Shown: positions 12,669 to 25,100 of the stretch, one piece after another
Layout of the letters: every line of letters begins with the position of its first letter
How positions within the stretch are numbered: position 1 is the first letter of the stretch
Assembly: GCF_039654945.1 (NCBI RefSeq)
Contig: NW_027361825.1
Location: forward strand, 2,542,001-2,606,000
From: Dendrobates tinctorius
Taxonomy: Eukaryota
Direction of reading: 5' to 3'
Length of the DNA: 64,000 bases
The notes under the pieces: model-generated
The model's input: the letters and a program-made list of their open reading frames with translations, nothing else
Told to the model about the DNA's origin: nothing
Database searches by the model: none
Made by a program: the position numbers and the translations under genes

Positions 12669-12735
12669 CTGATAAGTTGATGCTGTGGATCTCATCCTGA
12701 GACGACGAAGACACCGAGCACGACTCTACGTCCAT
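12669..12735 (-). CDS. atf6b: ATF6-beta coding exon 3 (MDVESCSVSSSSQDEIHSINLS)
   Basis: Pyrimidine tract then CAG acceptor, GTGTGT donor, 67 nt, phase 0 to 1; links exons 2 and 4 in frame. Confidence 0.7.
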
Positions 12736-12823
12736 CTGGTTGTCATAATGGGGAGAGGAGAGAAGTGATGTAGGCAGAGAAGATGCAACATGACAAGTGC
12801 TGAAACAGCAGGGTGGCACTTAC

Positions 12824-12909
12824 CATATGTAGAGGATAAGATCCGAACCCGGATGGAAACAGGTCGCCATAGTCGTCTGACACGTCGGCATAACTGTACA
12901 GGCCTGTAT
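12824..12909 (-). CDS. atf6b: ATF6-beta coding exon 2 (DTGLYSYADVSDDYGDLFPSGFGSYPLHM)
   Basis: TTTGTTGTGTCTCAG acceptor, GTAAGT donor, 86 nt, phase 1 to 0; the LYS..D....LF pattern resembles ATF6B. Confidence 0.82.
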
Positions 12910-14444
12910 CTGAGACACAACAAAGACTTAAGAGGCATTATCCACCACAATGGTCTACAAGTAATCAACATAACAAATGGCTCCGCCATAAGTAGAGAGA
13001 TTGATTGGCCATATGGTGAAAGTGGAGGACTCCATTACCAGATTCTCAATCCCATATGGGAAAACCCCCTTTAAGAGGGCCATACACAGTGAAATGGCTC
13101 ATAAACACCTGGTGCTTCTACCAGCAAAGGCTTCATTGACAAACTTGTTACTATAATCAAACACATGAAGGGAGGTAAATTCAGCAAAACCGGGCAGGGA
13201 GAAGTGATAGGGAACCCCCCACCCCGCAAACTTCTCCCTGAAGTACAATATGCGTCAGTGGGAGAATGGAGCGCCCGTGTGCTGAAAACTCCATGATGAT
13301 TGTGTAACATGAGGGGGTAAACTAAAGTCACCCAGAAATTACTCGGACATTGAGCGGAGCGCGGCTTTAAAGGGGTCATCCATCGGAAGTCAAATCATGT
13401 CGTATTTTCACAGATCGGACCCCTACAGCTGCACAGAATGTGCGTTAATTTATTTCTTAATTGTTAAAAAGGAGTTGGGTGATTCACACTTATATATACA
13501 CACGTGGTCAAAATTATCGGCATTATCAGTTACAGTAAGAAAACCCCACACTGGTTACTGGAATAACCTGCAGCACATCAGGCTCCAGAAAGTCATCATA
13601 GTCCTGAGATTTCATTGTCCCCCTCACACAGATACAAGTCCCCCTTGTGCCAGATGCAGCTAATCTCCTTAGACAACGCTCGCGTCTGCTTTCTTTCCTC
13701 CACATTTAGTGTGGTACACACCATGATCCCAAACAGCACAGTGACTACTTTTCACCCTATAAACAGGAGACTGACTGATTACAAATCTGCAGACACCTGT
13801 GATACTAATTACAGGATGCACCTTATCTAGGGGCGCCATCATTTTTGTCCAAGACACTTTTTTTTTTTTTTTCTGCTGAGCCACAATTCATTACTGGATA
13901 TCCCTGATCTACTCATGTAAGTTACAGGTTATTTCAGTGATAGTTGTGGGTTGTGCGCCATTCATTTTGTCAACGCCTGTACATTTCTAACCTTGTCTGT
14001 TATAGTCACCCATAAGGGTCTGGAACCGGCGAAATACCGCAGCACTGCAGTATATGCCGTCCCTCTATGGAGTCACAGAGGCAATGGGGGCTTTCAGTAG
14101 ACCCCAAACTGCCATGAGAACCCATCTGCGCCCTAGAGATTCATAGAAGATAATGATCAGTCGCTGGAGATCTGACTGCCGGGACCCCGTGATTCCGAGA
14201 ACTGAGGCTGCACATGCGTCCATGTGGTACGAGACTGATGGAGAAGGCAAAGCGCTGTTCTGCCCGATCTCCGGCCCCACAGACAGTACTGGGATAATGC
14301 CTCAGCACTCAGGTCTACACTGGAGGGCAATGTGCTGTAGCCCCCCGTGTCATTGCCTCCTGGCGGCTCTATGGGCATTTCCCCGATATGTTCCGCCACG
14401 TGGCGCTCTGCTTCCTCGTCCGCGCAGGTATACGGCGTATATAC

Positions 14445-14529
14445 CCCAGTCCTCGCTGGTCAGCAGGTTGTCGGCACAGAACTTGGTGTCCAGGTCGTTC
14501 AGCAGCAGGTCCGTTGCCATGGTGACCAT
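14445..14529 (-). CDS. atf6b: ATF6-beta first coding exon (MVTMATDLLLNDLDTKFCADNLLTSEDW)
   Basis: Matches the ATF6B N-terminus (human MAELMLLSEIADPTRFFTDNLLSPEDW); acceptor at 14551 implies an upstream 5'-UTR exon (GTGAG donor at 14860); alternative ATG at 14520. Confidence 0.88.
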
Positions 14530-14579
14530 CTCTCGTGGCAACCTCGGCGCCTGTAGGGAGAAATACACGTTGTGAGGGC

Positions 14580-15245
14580 GACAGGAAACAAATATGGCGG
14601 CCACAGTCAGACATTACTATAGGGGCGAAAAGACTAAAGTCATGTGACTGGCGAACCAGGGTCAGGTGACACAAGTCACCAACACACAGGGTTTGTAGAG
14701 CATGGCCAACACGAGTGGTCTGCTCTGCCTGGGTGACGTCACTTCGTATGAAACTCCACGTTATGACGTCACTGATTTTAAAAAATAATAATAATGTGGG
14801 CAACACGGAGGCGGTACCGCCGGACGCACGAATGTGTCACATCATTTACCCGGTGCTCACCGATGCTAGGAAGACGCCGCAGTCAGGAAGTCTAAGGTGA
14901 CAGACACACGTTTCCACCAATCACTGCTCCCGCCCGTAAGGATTTAGCTAATCAGGGTAGGAAAAAGCAAATGTCCCGCCTCCTCCAGATATTACCGATT
15001 ATCAATAGAGGGAGACAGTGCGGAGATCCTGGCCAATCAGCTGCGCGAAAGGACTTGAGTGTCGTGCGAGTAAGCCAATAGTATACAGAAGGGGAGTGGC
15101 CCAATAGGAAGTGGAAAGAACCTTTCCGATGTTATGCGATTGGACGTTAAAAAAGAGTCATCATTTGACAGAAGACCCACGATGCATTGCTGTTTGGCGC
15201 ATGCGCTCTAATATGAGCTCAGGGGTGTCGGAAGTTGTAGTTTAC
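14580..15245 (-). promoter_or_regulatory. atf6b promoter and first intron: CRE x2, YY1-like, CCAAT boxes, GC box, NRF1-like and ZNF143-like motifs
   Basis: TGACGTCA at 14734 and 14764; AAATATGGCGGCC at 14590; CCAAT at 14917, 15033, 15075, 15101, ATTGG at 15139; GCGCATGCGC at 15197; GGAAGTTGTAGT at ~15230; CpG-rich. Confidence 0.7.
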
Positions 15246-15479
15246 TGATCCCAAAAGAGAAATGCTTCTGATAAGAGCTGATCTTAAAGAGAAACCGTCA
15301 TTTCAACTGTAATTTGTTTTATTACATGCATCAATAGTGCACGTGAAAATAAGCAACTTTACAATATACCTTAAAAAGAAATCTGCTTTCCAGATTACTG
15401 AGCTGAGACATGACAGTTGGTGCTCATAAGACTCCATGGAACCTGCTTCAGAATGTCTGTGCCGAGTGTCACAGGAAGC

Positions 15480-16318
15480 CGCAATTTACCCTGTATTCTG
15501 CAATACTATGGCATTACAGCATAAGCCATCGGACAATCGCAGGTTCAATTCCCCAAAGGGGACTAATAAAATTAAAAAAAAATAAAATCTCAAAACTCCC
15601 ACCTTTTCTTCCTATTAATGAGAAATGTAAAAAATACACATATGCGGTTTATAAAACTCCGATTTATCAAGCTGAAAAAATAATTAACCAGATAAAAAAA
15701 AAAATAAAACACCTGAATTAAGGTATTTCAAGTCACCGCTCCTCTCTATAAATATATATATATAAATAAAACTAAATCAGAAGATCACATAAGACCGCCA
15801 GCTCGCCACACCAAAATATTAAAACCCCTATATTGTGAGAAAGGTCAATAGATGGAAACTAAGAAGGTTACATGTCCCGGAAAATGGCGACACAAATCAA
15901 AAGTTTCATTTTACAAATTTTAGATTTTTTATTTCTCCACTTAAAAGAAACAATTGTTGGTGAGTTTGTTCTGGCTGTAATCGCACCGAGCAGGAGAATT
16001 AGGATTGTGAATACAGCTATCAGGCTATGACAACCATAGAGGCCTTCTGCAGACCCCGGGTTGTCATGCCAACCCATCGCCGACCTGCAGTCATCTGAAA
16101 CAGGCACTGACGGGGTGGGGTGCGACGCACTTCTGGCGCATGCATGTTAAGTGCCGCTGTCATCAGAGATTGACAGCCGCATTTAACATGTTAACAGCTG
16201 CTGGTGAATGGCAATTCCACCCCCGGCTCTTAGGGGCACATGTCAGCTGTTCAGATCAGCAAAAGGGGGATGGCACACTATGACGGACACTGCACGTAAT
16301 TGGGTGTTAAGGGGTTAA
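15480..16318. mobile_element. Truncated non-autonomous piggyBac-like element
   Basis: Ends in AAGGGGTTAA; internal GCCGCATTTAAC-type motifs seen in frog TTAA elements; left end not resolved. Confidence 0.45.
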
Positions 16319-16562
16319 AGAGGACATGTCCCTTGCCAAAAATATGCAATTTTTTTTTACACGGTATAAAAGTCACTGTTCTCCTGAATCCGGCGATGCT
16401 TTTCTTTTATTCCTGCGCCTCTCCATTCCTGAGAGATGGCCTCTTCTTTCCTATATATAAATCTATTGTTGTTAGCTAAGTAGGTGTGGTCCTAATGAAG
16501 AAGCATCCATGTCTAAGGAATACAAGTGAATAGCATCATTTACACCAAGCAAAAAAATAAGA

Positions 16563-18735
16563 TACGAGTGCTTCTCACGATATTAGAATATCATCAAAAA
16601 GTGAATTTAGTTCAGTTCTTCAATGCAAAAAGTGAAACTCATATATTATATAGAGTCATTACACACAGAGTGATCTATTTCACGTGTTTATTTCTGTTAA
16701 TGTTGGTGATTATGGCTTACAGCCAATGAAAACCCAAAAGTCATTATCTCAGTAAATTAGAATAATTAACAAAAAAACACCTACAAAGGCTTCCTAAGTG
16801 TTTATAAAGGTCCCTTAGTCTGTTTCAGTAGTTCCATAATCATGGGGAAGACTGCTGACCTGACAGATGTCCAGAAGGCAGTCATTGACACACTCCACAA
16901 GGAGGGTAAGCCAAAGGTCATTGCTAAAGAAGCTGCCTGTTCACAGAGTGCTGTATCCAAGCATATTAATGGAAAGTTGTGTGGAAGGAAAAAGTGTGGT
17001 AGAAAAAGGTGCACAAGCAACCGGGATAACCGCAGCCTTGAAAGGATTGGTAAGAAAAGGCCATTCAAAAATGATGGGGGAGATTCACAAGGAGTGGACT
17101 GCTGCTGGAGTCATTGCTTCAAGAGCCACCACACACAGACGTATCCAGGACATGGGCTACAGGTGTCACATTCCTTGTGTCTAGTCACTCATGACCAATA
17201 GACAACGCCAGGAGCGTCTTACCTGGGCCAAGGAGAAAAAGAACTGGACTGTTGCTCAGTGGTCCAAGGTGTTGTATTCAGATGAAAATAAATTTTGCAT
17301 TTCATTTGGAAATCAAGGTCCCAGAGTCTGGAGGAAGAGTGGAGAGGCCACAATCCAAGCTGCTGGAGGTCTAGTGTGAAGTTTCCACAATCACTGTTGG
17401 TTTGTGGAGCCATGTCATCTGCTGGTGTAGGTCCACTGTGTTTTATCAAGTCCAAAGTCAGCGCAGTTGTCTACCAGGAAATTTTAGAGCATTTCATGCT
17501 TCCCTCTGCTGACAAGCTTATTGGAGTTGGAAATTTCATTCTCCAGCAGGACTTGGCACCTGTCCACACTGCCAAAAGTACCAATACCTGGTTTACAACA
17601 ACAGTATAACTGTGCTTGATTGGCAGCAAACTCGCCTGACCGTAACCCCATAGAGAATCTATAGGGTATTGTCAAGAGGAAGATGAGAGACACCAGACCC
17701 AACAATGCAGACGAGCTGAAGGCTGCTATCAAAACAACCTGGGCTTCCATAACATCTCAGCAGTGCCACAGGCTGATGGCCTCATACCATGCTGCATTGA
17801 TGCAGTTGTAACAAGGTGACACTGGGTGGTAGTCATAGCTGAGTCCACTAGGTCACAGTCAGTGAGCAACCCAGCCCCTTGCACAGAAATAAACAGTTCC
17901 AGTTCTAGTCTCAGGTCACAGTGGGTTACCTCAGAATCACAGCTGCTCTCCACGCTGGCACAGCGTCCTCCAAATACACAACATGTCACACTCTTTAGGG
18001 CCCAACAGTGGCAACTTGTTTAATGAAGATAAAGAATGGAAGAAGATAATTCCTGAGCTGTCCCTATTCACAGATGCTGCTCCTTTGGTAGCAGCAACAA
18101 AAGCATCAGCTCCCAACAGCTCCTGGAAGCTCATAGTCACCTGGAGGGCACTATCACAGTTCCCATGCCCTGTTCCACTGCCTGGCAGTCCGTGGCAGCT
18201 TGAAGTGCCCAGCCAGGGGTCCCTTCTGTCCCAGACGGGGATCCACACATACCCCAAACGGGGGTCCTCACTCTTCCAGACGGGGATGCACATATGCCCC
18301 AGACGGGGGCTCCTGTCCCAAGCAGGACGCACCTGTGCCCCAGACAGGGACACACAACCTGCTCTGCTGCTGGTGAAGCAGGAGCTTCCTGCTTCCTTGA
18401 GGCCACTAGTCCAGCCTCTTTCATTAACTCTCCCTATCCCTGCACTAATCATGTCTAATATAGTGCAATGGCAATATATATTGACATGACAGATATAAAA
18501 CATTTCACATTACACAGTATATATGAGACATGGCACATTAACACAAGTAAACAAAAGGGAACCATTCAGGTGCCGCATGGGCTACATGTGCCTGGTATGC
18601 AGGAAGGCACATGAGGTTCCTCACCACCTCCTTACACAGTAATTGATGCAAAAGTTGCCCCGACCAAATATTGAGTGCATTTACTGAACAGACATTTCAC
18701 TAGGCCAACATTTCGGATTTTAAAATAATTTTTGA
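16563..18735 (+). mobile_element. Decayed Tc1-like transposon interrupted by a solo LTR
   Basis: MGKTADLTDVQKAVIDTLHKEGK, WSKVLYSDENKF, FILQQDLAPVH and SPDRNPIE fragments across frameshifts; resumes at 18641. Confidence 0.9.
17807..18636. mobile_element. Solo LTR (830 bp) with internal ~40-bp tandem repeats
   Basis: TGTAACAAGG...CCTTACA termini; 4-bp TSD CAGT (17803-17806, 18637-18640). Confidence 0.8.
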
Positions 18736-19620
18736 AGGCTCTTCCCACTTGTCCACTTCTGGGGCTGCTAAGTGCTGTTGTTATTAGTCGGAGAGGGGTA
18801 CAATATCCCCGGCCACTTCCCAGCCTATTAATATTAGGCCATAGCTGTTTGTTTAGCCCTTGCTGGTTATGAAAAATAAGGGGAACCCCACGTCATTTTT
18901 TTGTGGGGTCTCCCTTTTTAATAACCAGTAAAGGCTAAGCAAACAGTTGTGAATTGCTATTAATAGGTTGGGAACCTTTTGGCACCTTTCCAGAATAATA
19001 ACACCAGCCCCAGCTGTCTGCTTTGCTTCAGCTGGTTAGTAAAATTAAGGGGGACCCCAAACCGTTTTTTTTTACTTACTTATTTAATATGCCCTATACA
19101 CAGACAGCGCGTGCTGACTCCAGCTCTCTCTTCAACGTCACTTGGTCTCGCTGATCGCAGGGAGACCAGGCAACAATGGTGAGAGACGAACTCAGCAGTC
19201 AGCATCAGGGAACAGCGAGAACTGTACTGCTTTTCCCAGATGCCAGTACATTTTACACTGATTACACACAGATGTCATCCATCTGTCATCAGTGTGCACG
19301 TGTGCAGGATGTATTGCAGAGCGTGTTGCCGGCAAAAAACGGACATGTCTTCTTGTTTTGCACACGGACATACAGTCCGTGTGAACACACTGATATGTGC
19401 GCAGAATCATAGATTTGAATGGGTCTACGTGTGTATGTGTCTCCAGTCCGTGTGAAAACTGTCACCACACATACTGGACACACTGACCTGTGAAAGGAGC
19501 ATAAAGGGGTTTTTCTGGTGTAGAAAAGGAATCACCTATACGGTTATGCATTTCGAACACCAGGTGGCGCTGTGTTATGCAACTAATGCAGGCAGGCAAC
19601 AATTTGCCTTTTCTTTTTAA

Positions 19621-20224
19621 AGTGAATCTGTCACCCCATTTTTGGCTTATAAGCTGCGGCCACAGCCATCAGGGACTTATCTACAGTATTCTGTAATGCT
19701 GTAGATAAGCCCCCGACTTAACCTGGAAGAAAAAAGAGTTAGATTATACTCACCCAGGGGTTCGGTCCGGTCCGATGGGTGTTTCCATCCAGTCCGGCGC
19801 CTCCCATCTTCATACGATGATGTCCTCCTCCTTGCTTCTCCCTCGGCTCCTGCGCAGGCGTACTTTATCTGCCCTGTTGAGGGCAGAGTAAAGTACTGCA
19901 GTGCGCAAGTGCAGGACCTCTATGACCTTTCCCGGCGCCTGCACACTGCAGTACATTACTCTGCCCTCAACAGGGCAGATAAAGTATGCCTGCGCAGGAG
20001 CCGAGGGAGAAGCAAGGAGGAGGAGGACGTCACCACTAGAAGATGGGAGGCGCCAGACCGAACCGCGACACCCACCGCCCCGCCCCCCGGTGAGTATAAT
20101 CTAACGTGTTTTTATCTTTCAGGTTACATCGGGGGTTTATCTACAGCATTACAGAATGCTGTAGATAAGCTCCTGATGGCGGTGGCCGTATCTTATATGG
20201 CTAAAATGGGGTGACAGATTCCCT
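19621..20224. mobile_element. Fold-back MITE with TTAA TSD (T2/Kolobok-like)
   Basis: TTAA-AGTGAATCTGTCACCCCATTTT ... AAAATGGGGTGACAGATTCCCT-TTAA; the element is an imperfect palindrome centred at ~19910. Confidence 0.85.
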
Positions 20225-22153
20225 TTAACTGGCTTTATAAGATCCATTTTTTTTCTTCAGGTAATCAAATTTTTTTTATGCTTTTTTGTGATTACAGTAG
20301 GAGAATAATTTTTATATCATTTTTATATTAGCGTTTTTAGTAATATTGAATGAAAAAAATGAAGTTTCTTTGTCATTTTCCCAACTACCACAAGGCGGCA
20401 CTAAAAATTCATTCTAAAGTGTGTTTCTTTTTCCATCACAATTTTTTTTCTATCTATAGGGCCTATGGATTTTTTTGCTTTTTTATTGTTTAATTTGTTT
20501 ATATATTTTTTCCATCTATTTCACACATTGTGACCCCCTACCTTCCCTCCCCATATGGTCATAAAAGACTTTAGGGGCATTTCAACACTTAAATACATTT
20601 TTATTACTGCTGATTTCCCCTATAACTGAGGCTGATATATTAGCTCCAGTTACAGGTGAAGTTCAGCCTCTCACCTACACAGCAGAGCTGATCTGGATCC
20701 ACTAGGACCTAGCGGCTCTTGCTCCTTCCCACCATCTGGCAATCACATGATCACTAAGGCAGGAGGATGAAGCAAAAGGAGCACTGTGTATACAAGAATC
20801 AGGAAGGCCGGTCATGAACCATCTCTGCCTTCTCTATGGGGAGCCCGCATGTTCTTGATAGCTGCCTTCGTGCTCATGCAGCTACGCAATCTCCATGTTG
20901 CTGCTAACTCTGCAAGTAGTCATGTAAAACATTTATGCTGTGTGGTCCACAAGTAGTTAATGGTGGGACAACTCCTTTAACCCCTTGGTGATGGCCTCCG
21001 TGCATGCACCATCACTATGTGAAGTGGGCTTGGGAGCTGGGATATATAGATGGCGCCTGAGAATAAATTATGCTATCAGATCTAGCGCCAATCGGAGCAA
21101 TTTTACCTCTTAAATGTTGCTGTTAAACTTGAAAGTGACATTTAGAATACCTCCAACATGGCAGCCATCACCTCGGAACCAATCAGCCCCACCAGGAAGA
21201 GGTACTCATTGTGGCCTTGGCAGCCAAGGGAGTACAGAAGGCTTCCATGTGCGCCACGTATTACTCCCATGAAGCTCAGAGTGTGACTAGTCTTCACAGA
21301 AGACCAGTAACTTTGCAATACACCGCAATAATACATGACACATAGTAGTGCAGTGTATTGTACAGTAAAAAGTAAAAACAAAGTAAGTCTCAGTGAGATC
21401 TCTTCCCACGTCCACAGGCATCTTCCACTCCTCATGAGCAAACTGCTGCTTACGTCTCAGGTGTGAAGGCACATTCTCCAGACTGCAGCTCATTGCAAAG
21501 ATGTTCAGTAAAATCTAGATTATGGCTCATAGAAGCCACGTCCGATTCTTTGCTCTCAGTCATTCTTGGATGCTTTTAGCTGTGTGTTTTGAGTCATTAT
21601 CCCGTTGGAGGACCCATGACATGCAACTCAGACTAAGCTTTCCCTTTCCAGAATGCCTTGATAGTCTTGAGATTTCATTGCACCCTGCACAGATTCAAGA
21701 CCCCCCTGTGCCAAATGCAGCAATGCCACCTCAGAATATCCCCGAGCCTCCTCCACTTGTCACAGTGGGTACAATGTTCTATTCTTTGTAGGCTTCATTT
21801 TTGCATCTGTGATCATAGAGCTGATGTGACTCCACAAAGCTCCAGTTTTGTCTCATCTGTCCACAGGACGTTCTCGAGGGAGCTCTGTGGCTTGTCAATA
21901 TGCATTTTGGCAAATTCCCATTTCGCTTTTTTATGATTTGCTTTCAGAAGTGGTTACCTCCTCAGTTGTCTTCCATGAAGTCCACTTTGACTTTGGAGTT
22001 CTCCTCTAATCTATTTTGGAAGTTGTTCTGAGATCTTTGGTTACCATCGTATTATCATTCTCTTCAATATTTCATCAATTTTCCCTGGTACCGTCCAGGG
22101 AGGTTGGCTACAGTGCCATAGACCTTAAGCTTGTGAACAACATGTGCAGTTGT

Positions 22154-25100
22154 TTTTTTTTAAATTCGTTTATTAAGCACCAGGATACAAAGAATGTACA
22201 ACATACACAATGACTTATGATAACAGGCATTATATAAAGCACACATCTCTGTCCATAATAAAATTTAAACCAAAGAAATTGCACATTCTTATAGATAAAC
22301 AAGGTAACATGTATATTTCCTTCCTAGCATATGTAAAGGACAATTGTTTATATATTTTCCCACATGTGTATCAATCCAATTTCACAAACCTTGGCATATC
22401 ATGCAACCGTAGGAACTAACTAAAACTCCTAAACTGCAACTACCACTACATCAACTAATACCCACTATTTCCGCAGCCTAGTTTCCTATACCATATTATG
22501 TCGCATGTGATGTCTCAGTCTTGCAAAGTGAGATGAGAGGAATTCCACCTCTCCCAGATCTTTTCAATTTACCTGGGCATCCCCTGTTTTGGTATAACGT
22601 GCGGTCATATGGGACAATTGAGTTCACCGGCTTGATCCAAAACCTAAGGGAAGGACATGAGCCCCCCATCCACTGCAATGCCAACACCTTTCGTGCCATA
22701 AACAGCGTCTCGCGCAGGAAGACCCCAGTATAGCGATCCCAAATCTTCTCCTCCCACACCCCAAACAAGCAGACCAATGGCTCTAGAGGGACAGGGGCCT
22801 GCATCAAGGATGTCAGTAGTGTGGTCGCTTCTTTCCAGTAGTGTAAGATAATGGGACACTGCCATACCATATGAATAAAATCAGCATCTGGCGAGTGACA
22901 TCGCATACATTCTGACGACTGAAGCCGGCCCATCCTAAAAAGTCGCAACGGAGTTAAATATGATTGATTAATTATATACAGTTGAATCATTCTGTTGTTA
23001 ACAGATGGTGGTACTGCAATCGGAGAATTCAGAATCTCCTCCCACTCCTCTCTTTGCGCATCAGGGATGAGTTCCCACTTCATCTTTATAGAGCTTATGG
23101 CCGAATCTGCCCCTACTGACAGCATATATGTATACAAGGAGGATATGAGACCCTGGGGACCCTGCGAATTAAGAATTCCTATTAGAGGTAACGATGAAAT
23201 AGTACGGTCCACACCCCCATCCCTCATGTGTGACTCTAGAGCCGATCTCAGCTGTAAATAGCGAAAACATTGAGATCTCGGAATATCATGTGTGGCCTGC
23301 AATTGTTCAAAAGACTTTAAAGTCCCCTGGTCATACAAGTCTCCCACTGAAGAGACGCCACACTGGGTCCAAAAAACGGCGGACCGGTGATTCGGCAGCC
23401 CTGGAAAATAGTTATTACTCCACAGGGGCATTTCAGCTACAACATCTTTAAACCCTATTACCTTCTTAATTTGCCTCCATATTAATTAAGCAGTGGTAGC
23501 AGACGTGAGACATTAGTTTTTTCCAACTCAAGGAAACCTAATGGGCAATTCGCTTGTGCAGCGTGAAGCAGGTGGCTTTCAGAGTTAGGGAGGCAATTAC
23601 CCGGCATCCATTTATTTAAAGCTTTAGCCTGCCCAGCTAAGTAGTATAGGAAAAAATCTGGTAACGCCGCCTCACCTCCCTTCTTTGGTCTTTGTAGAGT
23701 GGACAATTTACGTTTGGGCCTAGTTTTCCCCCATATAAAGGACGTGACTAGAGAATTAAGAGTAATAAAAAAGGACTTGGGCACCGCTACCGCACTGTGC
23801 TGAAGCGAACAGCTAAATTTAGGGAGTAATATCATTTTAATCAGGTTAATGCGTCCAGCCACAGATAATGGAAGCCTACTCCAAGACGCAAACTTAGCTT
23901 TTACTAGTTCCAACAATGGGTGGTCATTAAGTTGTAGATCAGACGTACTATTGTTAGAAATATGGATGCCCAAATATTTAAAACTAGACACAATAGGCAG
24001 CGAGGAGAGAGCATCCAACTGGGGCATCGGGGTATGTGAAAGGGGAAACAGGGCAGACTTTTCCCAATTTATATGTAAACCTGAATATTTACTAAATCTA
24101 TCTATAAGGGATATCACCTGCGGTAAAGTTTCTTCCACGTCACTCAAGAATATCACCATGTCATCAGCATATAGGGCTATGGTATCCACCCGACCTGCTA
24201 TATCTATACCTCGTATATTAGGGAAGGACCTTATGCGTATTGCTAGTGCCTCTATCGCAAGGGCGAAGAGGGCCGGGGAAAGAGGGCAATGCGAAAGACT
24301 CAGATATAGAATTATTTATTATAATACGGGCCTTAGGTTTCATATATAATATTTTGATCCATGTTATAAATTTAGTACCAAATTTAGTACCAAAGCCATA
24401 TCTTTGTAAACATGCGGAGAGGCAAGGCCATTCAAGAGAGTCAAAAGCCTTGGCAACATCTAACGATGCCAATGCCCATTTGTTATCTGGCATTAGAGAA
24501 CTATATTGGACTATTGACTGGACCCGTCTGATATTAATTGAAGTGCTCTTACCAGGCATAAAGCCACCCACATTGCCAGACCGCCAGAACCGAATATATA
24601 ATCTATGCGTGATAGCGAGCGTTTAGTGGATGAGTGACAAGTGTATTCCCTTAACTAAGGGTGACGCACCCTCCACAAGTCCAACCACCCACCACCCCCC
24701 ATAAATGATGACAACGGGGTTGTGGTCGTTGGAGAGGACCCCCCCAGTCGCTTCATCATCCAGCCTCAATTTATCCAGGCGGTTGTTCATGACCATATTA
24801 AAGTCGCCCATACAAATAACATCTGCGTCTGGGTAGTTAAGGGCAAAACTCATTGCCTTCTGCAGGAGGGATATTCGAGCCGGAGAGGGGTTATAAATAC
24901 ATAAGACCACATACTTCCTGGTGTTTATCAATGCGTGGACAAAAATAAAACGACCCTCAGGATCCCTTCGAGTCTCCCTCGCTTCCCATCTGACGTCTTT
25001 ATGTACCAACAGCGAGACCCCCCTTGAGTAGCTGGTATGAAACGTATGGGCAGACCATTGTACCCAGGGTTTCTGCACGCACCGCGCCGTATCCCTAGTC

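Noticed and set aside
14900-15145. Canonical ERSE (CCAAT-N9-CCACG) in the atf6b promoter
   Set aside because: None of the CCAAT boxes is followed by CCACG at 9-nt spacing
17937-18503. 168-aa and 188-aa overlapping ORFs
   Set aside because: They lie wholly within a solo LTR with tandem repeats and show no recognisable protein family
24690-24740. Apparent relocated endonuclease SDH motif (SNDHNPVVII) in L1 copy 1
   Set aside because: The alternative frame reads GGSSPTTTTPLSSFMGGGGW, collinear with copy 2 (GGVPSSTATQLSLFMGGSGW); it is only a frameshift
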